A stretch of 64,000 nt of DNA from the human T2T-CHM13v2.0 reference genome, Homo sapiens. The translations under genes were made by a program, and so were the position numbers. Below are positions 54,994 through 64,000 of this stretch, piece by piece (the first letter of the stretch is position 1; every line of letters starts with the position of its first letter). The stretch lies in NCBI RefSeq assembly GCF_009914755.1, contig NC_060931.1; one strand, 5' to 3'. The notes beneath the pieces were generated by a model. The model saw only the letters and a list, made by a program, of their open reading frames with translations. It was not told where the DNA came from and did no database searches.

Positions 54994-55809
54994 TCTTCAC
55001 TAGGGACTAAAAAGAGTCCATTCCCTTACTTCATTGAGGTTGCTAACCACATGGAGCCCGAGATTCCAAAATTCTATAAAATGGTATTTCACCAAGACAG
55101 AGGAAAAATGATGCTGGACTTCATTTCTGACTGGGCAGAGAAGATCTATGAAACAGAAATACAAGTGTCCCAATAAAAATGTTGATGCCTTAACAATTTC
55201 ATTTGTGGTTGCCTCACATTGACTTGCTGGAGTTTAGTGCTTTGCATTCATTTTATGGTTTTCTAAAACAATGCTTCTATTTGAGTCATAACAAATTAAT
55301 AAGAAAAAGCAATTAACTAAAAATAATATTTCGGTGGAACTAATGGGTCTAAGTATTAGTAGAATCAGCTTATTTTTACTGTTTGATGTTATAGATAAGC
55401 ATACCCATTTGGGTCCACATTATGAAAATGACTGCATTCCTAGCTATGAGATCCAGAGAATCAAGCAATTGCCTTGTGATTTTAATCAATGCTGACATCA
55501 AGGTAGAAATTTCAGGCCCTCCCCAGTCTCATCTTTTACAACATTTATTTGTAAATTCAGCTGAATTCTCTGAAAAAGTACTCTGAAAGCCTACTTTTTG
55601 CCTTGTCAATATAATCTAAATGACTGTGACTATAAATAACGTAACGTAATACAAATAATGTAACTATTTTTATCTGAGTCATTTAAAATAACAAATAAAA
55701 CTATCATGCATGTCATAAACAAGGACACAACTATTTCTACAAGAAGCTAGATATTATTTTCTCAAGAGAAAAACACTTTGACCAGTGATTTGAGTCAGAT
55801 TATCCCCCT

Positions 55810-56380
55810 TTAGTCTATTCTCCAAGCAGCAGAAAGAGTGATTCTTTAAAAATGCCAATCAGATCATACTACTCCATGGCTCGCCATCCTTCTAAAATGA
55901 ATCCAAAGTCCTTTCTAGGACCCACAAGGCTCTGAAAACCTCTCAGATCTAATCTTACTTCAGTTTCCCTCCTTCAGTAAAGTCCCAACCATGCTGGCTT
56001 CTTGTACTTCCTTGAACTCACCTATCCATTTTAGGTTTGCATTTGTTATTCCTTTGGTTTGAACTCTCCTTTCCTCAGAGATTAGTATGACTGTTTCCCT
56101 GTCTTCCTTAATTCATGAGTCTCTTCAAACATCTTTTTGTTACAGAAGTTTTCAGTGAACATCCTACAGCCCCAGACCCTTACCATTTCTCTCTACCCCC
56201 TTTTCTGCTTTGTTTTTCTTCATAGCACTTCTTACCCATGACATTGCATTATGTGTTATATATTTGTTTATTGTCTGCTTCTAACCACTAGAATGTAAGC
56301 ATCATGAGGGCAGGAACACTGTCTCTTCTGTTCACTTACGTCTCTCCGGTATCTAGACCAGTGCTTTTTAAATGAATGGC
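55810..56380 (+). mobile_element. L2 3' portion
   Basis: cagatcat..atccaaagtcctt..actagaatgtaagcatcatgagggcagg..aatgaatg. Confidence 0.75.
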
Positions 56381-58494
56381 ACTAAGGTCTACACGGTCAG
56401 TGAACTGATTAAATGATATTTAACCTGATCACCCAAAAATTTGTGTTACAATGTTTTACCCTGTAAATCTAAAGTCCAAAATTTCCCCATTGCACATGAA
56501 CTTTAAATCAATTTTCTCTAAAACAGTTTTTCATGCTGTGTTGATAAGAGTATAAACGTACACAAACCTCTTGAGAGGAAAATTTGGCAGTATATATTGG
56601 AACTAAAAATAACAACCACAATAACAACAATAACAAACTTGACCCAATATTTCCACTTTTAGCTATCTATTCTACAAAAATAAACACACAGGTGTACAAA
56701 GGTATGTGTGCAAGGATGTTCATTAAAGCATTTTGAGTTTTACAAGCTTGTGTTATTTCCATAATTTCAAACAAATCTTTAAAAGAAGTTGATTTTTCCC
56801 AGAGAGTAATGCCAAAGCAATTCTAAGGAGAGCAGATCACAGTTTTATTGAAATGTTTTTAAAGGTAATGCTGAGCAAAGTGACTGCTAATTGTAATGCC
56901 CCATTCTGGGATGTCTCATCTTATCTGTCATACCAACAGGTTCCTTATAAGTACAAGGTATGCAGCAGATGACTGGTCTATCTAGCCACAGCTGACAGGA
57001 CCAGGGAAGGATGCCTACCCCAAAGGTAGTAGATCAGCTGGTTGACCAGCTGTCTGTCATGTGGATAGGTCCTAGATCTGTATCTCAAAGGGTGATACTC
57101 AGATTTCTCTCAGGTAATTCAGACATGAGGCACATCCAAGAAGTCAGCAGTTGGCAGTGGGGCAAAAGCCAACCAAAGCACAGATCGGCAAAAGCAATGT
57201 GCAAAAGAGAATGCAAGTGACAGAAAATGGAAGTCCTGCAACACTGTCATTCCCATTCTGCAGTAAAGCTAGGCTGAGCCTTGGCTCCTACTGCCCTACT
57301 TCCCCAGGTACCCTTAAGTGCTCTTTAAGCTATATTTCACTACATATCTGCTTTTGCCACCTAAAGGAGTGTAACTACCAGAACATTAAATGGAAGATTG
57401 GATTAATCCTTCAATTAATCCTTCAAGGGGTCTAACCTCAAATACTACTGAAACCTACAGTAAGTATAAATAAGTCCTAAAAAACAGGACTGTTTGCTTG
57501 ATCATTTTATGAAATATCAAATTCTTTCCAAGAAAATATTTTTGGTGACCTATATTTTAGTTTAGCTTACCTAATAATATCCAGTAATATCCAGAGGAAA
57601 GATGGGACTGAAAAATCCACAGCACAGACCAAAGCACCTTGCCTGTCACAAGTCAGGGGACCAGTAGACTAAGGGCTTCTAGTAGTTGACAGCATATTTT
57701 TATAATTTTTTAATATACTCTGGCATTTTAAAAAAATTGAGTCACAGAGAAAAGATGTACATGCATCAGTAAATAATATTCTATTCCCTACATACCCCTT
57801 AACATTTGACATTGTTAGCAAATCATTATCAGACTGTATGTGTTCAATTATTAATATAAAATCCAGGAAGCCAAGGATCTTCAGGTGCCAAAGTTTCAAA
57901 GGGAAAGAAGTTTTTAATTTTCTTTAAAAACATCAAATGCTGAAAAATGATTATTTTTGAATCAATTATCAAATAGTTTTAGAGGCCACACAGTTGGAAG
58001 GTCCTTTATTTACATTTTTCATTGCTACATGATAGAGGTGTACCAAAGGGGGACAGATAGACCCATATGACCCTGGTGTCAATTCGCAGACTTTACACAT
58101 GGGGTGCAGCAGTGGAAAGAGAGGAGGCAGACCTTTTACATCATCCAACTCCTGTTCCCTCAACTCCCAACTTTGCATCATTAACCCTTGCTCTGGCTCT
58201 GTTTCTGCTGTAAACCCAATATTTACATGTGCTGAGGAAAGCAACAACTTGTACTTTTCCTCAGAAAGGTCTGTTGTAGGATTTCTGATTGCACAAAGCA
58301 TTTTATGTCTGATCAAGCATTGCAGTTTCACATTGTTGACTGTTCAGCTAGTGACCAATAATGATCCATCTGAGTTAAAAGCTGTGTTATCTTTGGATTT
58401 ATAATATAAAATGGATCCCTTGGTATTCCTAATCCTGTTAGATTGCTTTATGTAGATGAAATTTTTGCCTGCTTTGGTGCTGCATTCTTTTGGG

Positions 58495-58830
58495 TTTTAA
58501 AAATAGCTTTATTAAGATATAATTCATATAACAGAGAATTTATCCATTTAAAATGTACAACTCAATGTTTTTAGTACAGTATGTTCACAGAGTTGTGTAA
58601 CCATCACCACAATATAATTTTAGGACATTTTCATACTCCCCCAACACAACAAAAACCTTATACTCATTAGCAGTAACTCTCATTTCCCTTCTTCCATACC
58701 TCTGGGAATCACTAATCTATTTCTGTTTCTAGGAATTCACCTATTCTGGACCTTTCATATAAATGGAATCATACATATGTGGTCTTCTGTGACTGGCTTT
58801 CTTCACCTAGGGTAATGTTTTCAAGGTTTG
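58495..58830 (-). mobile_element. L1MB-type 3' end
   Basis: agctttattaagatataattcatata..tttcatataaatggaatcatac. Confidence 0.8.
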
Positions 58831-59139
58831 CTGACATTCTTTGAATGGGATTTGCATCGTATCTATATACTGTTTTGCAAATACTAAAAATGTATTTTGG
58901 ATATTTGTGATATATATCAAATGGCTTTCTAAATGTACTGCTCTTCCCAGTTTCTGCCACAAAGCAAAAGGCTGGATAGGCTCTTGAAAAAAAAACAGTC
59001 ACCAAGTTCTTCTAGTTTAGAATGTACATTCTATAAGAAATGATAGCTAAGTTATTTTATACTAATAGACTTACCCCTGACTAAATCATAGCATTATATA
59101 TCCTCCCCTAAATGCTCACTCCATTAAAATAATCAAAAT

Positions 59140-60420
59140 CAAAGAACCTCTTATAACTTAAAATATAAACAACCCAATACAAAATGTGCAAATGATCTGA
59201 ACAGTTATCTCACCCAAAAAGAGATATGAATGGAAAGTATGCACATGGACAGATACTCAATATCACTAGCCTTCAGAGAAATGCAATTCAAAACCACAAT
59301 GAGATTCTACTTCTCACCCACTAGGATGGCTATAATAAAAAATATTCACAATACCAAGTGCTGGCAAGGATGCAAAAAAAACTAGATTCCTTATGCATTG
59401 CTGGCAGAACATGAAATGATACAGCCACTTTCTAAAATAGTTTGGCAGTTTCTTACAAAGTTAAACATGAACCTACCATAACACTCAGCATCCCACAGAT
59501 ACAGTTGTCCCTCTGTATTTGTGGGAGATTCATTCCCACAAATATAGATACCAAAATCCCCCCACAGATACCAAAATCCACAGATGCTCAAGTTCTTTAC
59601 ATAAAATGATGTAGTATTTGCATATAACTATGCACATCCCCAATATCCTTTAAATTATCTCTAGGTTACTTATTCCTAATGCAATATAAATGCTATGTAA
59701 ATATTTGTTTTACTGCATTGTTTAGGGAATAATGACAAGAAAAAAGTCTGTGTTTTTTTTTTTTTCAGTACAGACACAACTATCATTTGTTTTCTCTCTC
59801 TCTGAATATTTTCCACCTTCAGTTGGTTGAAATCAGGGATACAGAACCCATGGATACAGAGGGCCAACTGTATACCCGATAGAAATGAGAATATGTTTCC
59901 ACCAAAAGACCCAGATGTTCATAGTATTTATACCAATACCTGTAGAATTACTCATAATATCCCCACACTGGAAACAATCCTAATATGCATCAAGTTGTGA
60001 ATGGATAAACAAAATGTGATAAGTCTATAAAATAGATTATACTCAGGAATAAAAATAAACTAATAACATGCACAATATAGAGAAACCTAAAAAACACTGT
60101 TAGCAACAGCAACAAAAAAACACAGACATCAAAGACTATATATTGTATAATTCCATTTAAATAAAATTTCTGGAGAAGGCTAAACTCTAGAGACTGAAAG
60201 CAGACCTGTGGCTGTCTGGGGTTGGGAGTTAAAGTAGGAGTTTAATGCAAATGGACAAGAGAGAACTTTTGAAGGTAACAGGTAAGAGAAGTGTTCAAAA
60301 ACTAGATTGTTGTGGGGGTTGCACAATTGTATACATTTATACTAAAACTCATTGAACTGTATATTTTAAATGGGTGAATTGTATGGTAAATAAATTATAC
60401 CTCAATAAATTTTTAAAAGA
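59140..60420 (+). mobile_element. L1MB/L1ME-type 3' portion interrupted by MER2
   Basis: gaaatgcaattcaaaaccacaatgaga..cacccactaggatggcta; ..aaattatacctcaataaa. Confidence 0.75.
59502..59870 (+). mobile_element. MER2 (TcMar-Tigger) DNA transposon
   Basis: TIRs cagttgtccctctgtat / atacagagggccaactg with TA duplication. Confidence 0.88.
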
Positions 60421-60492
60421 CCTTCACTGATATCATGTAGGCTACTAATGAGCACTCAATCCTGACATGAAAATTGTTGCTACGAATTTCTA

Positions 60493-61010
60493 CAGCAATA
60501 AGTTCTCATATTATTTGGTATCAGGACTCCTTCACATTTTACAAAATAATTGAGGATCTCAAAAAACTTTTATTTATGTGGCCACTATTTACCAGTAATT
60601 ATCACATTAGAAATTAAAATAGAAAATTGTTTTAAAATTTCATTTATTGATTCAATTTAAAATACCAATAATAAACCCTTATGTTAACAAAAAGAATACG
60701 ATTTAAATAAAAATTATAGTCCTTTTCCAAAAGCAAACAATAAATAGTAAAAATAATGATTTTTTTTTTTACATTTTTGCAAATCTTTTTAGTTTCTGGC
60801 TTAATAGAAAACAGCTGGATTCTCATATCTGCTCCTGCATTCAATCAACTCCAATATTACATATCTGGAAAATTCCACTGTACACTCACAAGAGAATGAG
60901 AGTGAAAAACGGCAAGTAACACTTTAGTATTATTAGGAAAGTAGTTTTAATCTCATAGGCCCCCAGTGGGGATCCCCTGGGATCCTCTGGCCATGCTGTG
61001 AGAACTGCTA
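60493..61010. mobile_element. hAT-Charlie element (MER119/Charlie1-derived)
   Basis: gttctca..tttggtatcaggactccttcaca..aaataattgaggatctcaaa.. and ..tgagaactgct termini. Confidence 0.7.
60643..60648 (-). terminator. Candidate AATAAA poly(A) signal of the IMMP2L alternative terminal exon
   Basis: First minus-strand AATAAA after the stop at 61381 (an ATTAAA is at 60951-60946), followed by U-rich sequence. It lies inside a hAT-Charlie element. Confidence 0.55.
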
Positions 61011-61380
61011 GCCTAGAATCTGCTCTAAAACTGACTGAGGTTCATTTCAGTGATATTAGTTAATATGTGTACTATCATTAATACAAATACTTTAGGATCA
61101 AGTTTTTTTAGAAAACAGGGTCAGAAAACTTCCTCAATGTAGTAGTCAAAGCATTTTGGCTACCACATTGTATAGGCCTGGCTACAACTTGTTTAAAGAA
61201 AGCGATCACAATGAGACACATCATGCCACACAGTATTTACTTGCTGAATGTCAACAATTGTTCTTGATTTATCAGCAAGTACAATAAATACGACATTACT
61301 AAAGGCTGCTTAAACACCTGATTGTTACAATCTTATCATCTAAAGCTTTCATTCTTGTCACTGATTCGGAAGTTTCTGTT

Positions 61381-61408
61381 TCATATCCTTTTCAGTTTTC
61401 TCCCATCT
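61381..61408 (-). CDS. IMMP2L: IMMP2L alternative terminal exon, coding part (R-DGRKLKRI-stop; short ~110-aa isoform)
   Basis: ctcttttgtactcatag|A GAT GGG AGA AAA CTG AAA AGG ATA TGA is in frame with the terminal AG of exon 4 across a 409-nt intron (61409-61817). The peptide matches my recollection of the short IMMP2L isoform C-terminus. Confidence 0.85.
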
Positions 61409-61817
61409 CTATGAGTACAAAAGAGTCCTCTTAGTTTCTGCATTTGCTTCTAAAATAGTTAAATGTTCTTGAATTTTTTTAAATGAACCTTAACATCATA
61501 ATCTTAATCTTAAAATAGTCATGCTACTTTTAATATCTGATCAATAATGATTTAATGATCATTTTAGACTATATGGTTAATTTAAATTAATATTTATCCT
61601 ATACTTCACAATTAAAGAATAACAATATGATCAGTAAGTTTATCTATATTCCTTACAACCTGAAAGGTTAATGATGCTCACTAAAGATATACCAGCTCAT
61701 TTGGAATGTCTCCAAAACTTTGGCCCTCATGGACTTCAGATGTATTTCCCAAGTAATGTAGGTAACAGAACTCTAGATATTTAAAACTTGAACTCAGAAA
61801 CAACAGTAAATACTTAC

Positions 61818-61883
61818 CTGACAATATCTCCTTCAAGAGCAATCACTCTCTTAATGATCTTCTGTTCTGGGTTTTTAGGAGAC
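61818..61883 (-). CDS. IMMP2L: IMMP2L coding exon 4 (mitochondrial inner membrane peptidase subunit 2, approx. aa 80-102, includes catalytic Lys91)
   Basis: Minus strand reads ttatcttcttgttctag|G TCT CCT AAA AAC CCA GAA CAG AAG ATC ATT AAG AGA GTG ATT GCT CTT GAA GGA GAT ATT GTC AG|gtaagta = [21 protein letters not shown](R). This matches my recollection of human IMMP2L. Canonical acceptor and donor, CTGAT branch-point-like motif upstream, 66 nt, phase 2-2. Confidence 0.97.
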
Positions 61884-62199
61884 CTAGAACAAGAAGATAA
61901 CATTATACAATCAGTTATGTCTATGTTGTTTTAGGAAGATGAAAAGAAATTCTATAACAAAATAGGCTATATTAAAGTCTTTACAGATTCCTTTGCACCC
62001 CATGACATGACATCAGTCTCACTTCGGTTCCAAGTGACATGAAGTGACTACTGAAGTAATTCTCATTTTAAATAAACTCTGGGGGGGAAAAAAGCCATGT
62101 TAAAACTTTACAAAAATAAAAAATACAGAGGAATAAAACATTTTCTTATTAAGGAATAAAGTTTATTATTAAATTATTATTGTTGTTAAAGATAGGTTC

Positions 62200-62545
62200 T
62201 GATATGGTTTGGCTCTGTGTCCCCACCCAAGTCTAATTTCGAATTGTAATCCCCATGTGTAGAGGGAGGGGACCTGGTGGGAGGTGACTGGATTATGGGG
62301 TTGGTTTCCCTCATGTTGTTCTCACGAGATTTTATGATTTAAGAGTGTGGCACTTCCCCTTCGCTTGCTTGCTCTCTCTCCTGCCGCCATGAGAAGATGT
62401 GCCTCACTTCCCCGTATCCTTCTGCTACGATTGCAAGTTTCCTGAGAACTTCACAGCCATGTGGAACTGAGTCAATTAAACCTCTTTTCTTTATAAACTA
62501 TCCAGTCTCAGGTAGTATCTTTATAGCAGTGTGAGAACTAACACA
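62200..62545 (+). mobile_element. THE1 (THE1D-like) MaLR solo LTR in IMMP2L intron 3
   Basis: tgatatggtttggctctgtgtccccacccaa..gagtcaattaaacctctt..ctttatagcagtgtgagaac. Confidence 0.88.
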
Positions 62546-62899
62546 AGTACTTAGAGGAAAGAGGATTAGTACATAAGAAAATGCTTACACATTTCTTTAA
62601 AATGATAACATACTTCAGTTTTTTAAAATTTCATTTAAAATTAAGAAAGGAGTTTTTATTTAAATCCCATAAAAACAATGAAGATGCGAAGCATTTCCTT
62701 TAAAAAATAAAGAATTAGAGAATTCTTTGAAACTACATTTGGGTTTAGCCATTTGATGATTATAGAATTCAGAGCGCTAAAACAGGGCTACTGACAGTTA
62801 AAATAAATTGACAGGTTTTGATATACTTAATACAGACATCATTTATTTCAAGCTACTTGATTATGGTAAATTTTAACTTAGAGTAATACTCTGTACTCT

Positions 62900-63420
62900 A
62901 AATAAATCTCTGCCTCTCCTGGTATGTATATCCTATGCAGTTCCTTTCCAGACTGTGATAGGATTCATCTGTGAGGTCAATAGTTTATGGTAAAACTGAT
63001 GGTGCATCACTTTTGAGATTATGTTATAAAACAGACTTACAGGCTCTCCCTCTTTCTCTCCTTCTCTCTCTCCCCTCCTTCCTTCCTCTTTCTATTTTTT
63101 CCTCCAACATCTCTTTCATGGATCACTCTAGAAGTCTGGTCTGTCCTGAGCAGCCTAAGGAGAGACTCGTGGTGAAGAAGGAAGGTCGGCTAACAGTCAC
63201 ATTAGTGAGCTTCAAAGCAAGTACTTAGTCAAGTCTTCAGAGACTGTGGCTCTGGTCAACAGTTTGACTGCAAATTCGTGAGAGACCTTGAGTCAGAACC
63301 ACACAGCTAAGATGCTTCTGGTTTCCTCACCCTCAGAAAATATTTGAGATAATAAACGTTTGTTGTTTTAAGATGCTAGACATTGGGGTAATTTGTCATG
63401 TAGCAATGGGTAACTCTATC
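62900..63420 (+). mobile_element. MaLR LTR (MLT1E/F-like)
   Basis: tgagagaccttgagtcagaaccacacagctaag..ggggtaatttgtcatgtagcaat. Confidence 0.7.
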
Positions 63421-64000
63421 TTAATATGGTCAATTTCCTGCCAATAACATTTTAAGTCTTTTGATTTAACAGACGCATTTCAAGAAACATCTCATGCATC
63501 ACACAAATGATCATTTAATATGTATTTCAAAATCATGCATAGATAAAAATATTTTAAATTCAAGTCACATTTTGAATTGAAGTACTTTTTAAAAGGAATG
63601 TAAATGTGCAAAAACTGAAAAGATCAAATATATTCAAACTGTACATTTCATCAAAGGAAATGTGCACTTTCAATAAGATTTATATTTCACAATATGTCTT
63701 GCAGAGAAAATGAAATCACGTAAGCTAGTTGCATTTATTTGTAACAATTAGTTTCACAGTTTTTCACTAAGTTAACTTTTTTATTTTAAAATGAAATTTG
63801 ATCAGAGTTTTGATTGGCCTCATCCCTTTATTAAATCAAGTAAATATTATATTTCTATAACTTTAATGTCATTAATGTACAGCTGAAGTGAGGGGTATGG
63901 GCATATTCAAGCTAATGAAATTAAGATACTCTCTGCAGGGTTACTTATAGACCTTTTAGAAAAGTGCCCCTCCCATGTCTCCTATTTTAAAAACTAGGAA

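Overview
Human (primate) genomic DNA, AT-rich and rich in interspersed repeats. The only recognisable protein-coding sequence is on the minus strand near the right end. It is the 66-nt exon 4 of IMMP2L (7q31; ..[22 protein letters not shown].., carrying the catalytic Lys of the S26 peptidase dyad) at 61818-61883, followed after a 409-nt intron by an alternative terminal exon (RDGRKLKRI*). The first canonical poly(A) signals for that exon lie inside a hAT-Charlie DNA transposon. The rest of the window, 1-61817, is the large intron 4. It holds Alus (one very young Ya5-like copy), L1s (two 5'-inverted), L2/MIR, MaLR/ERVL/ERV1 LTRs, a full-length dead HSMAR2 nested in an L1, and an intact piggyBac MER85 MITE. 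All tracked ORFs are repeat-derived or spurious. I see no novel multi-gene system. The most unusual structures are template-switch scars, chiefly a ~158-bp copy of flanking DNA plus a fold-back pasted into an inverted L1PA. Repeat subfamily calls are from recalled consensus sequences, not from a search.
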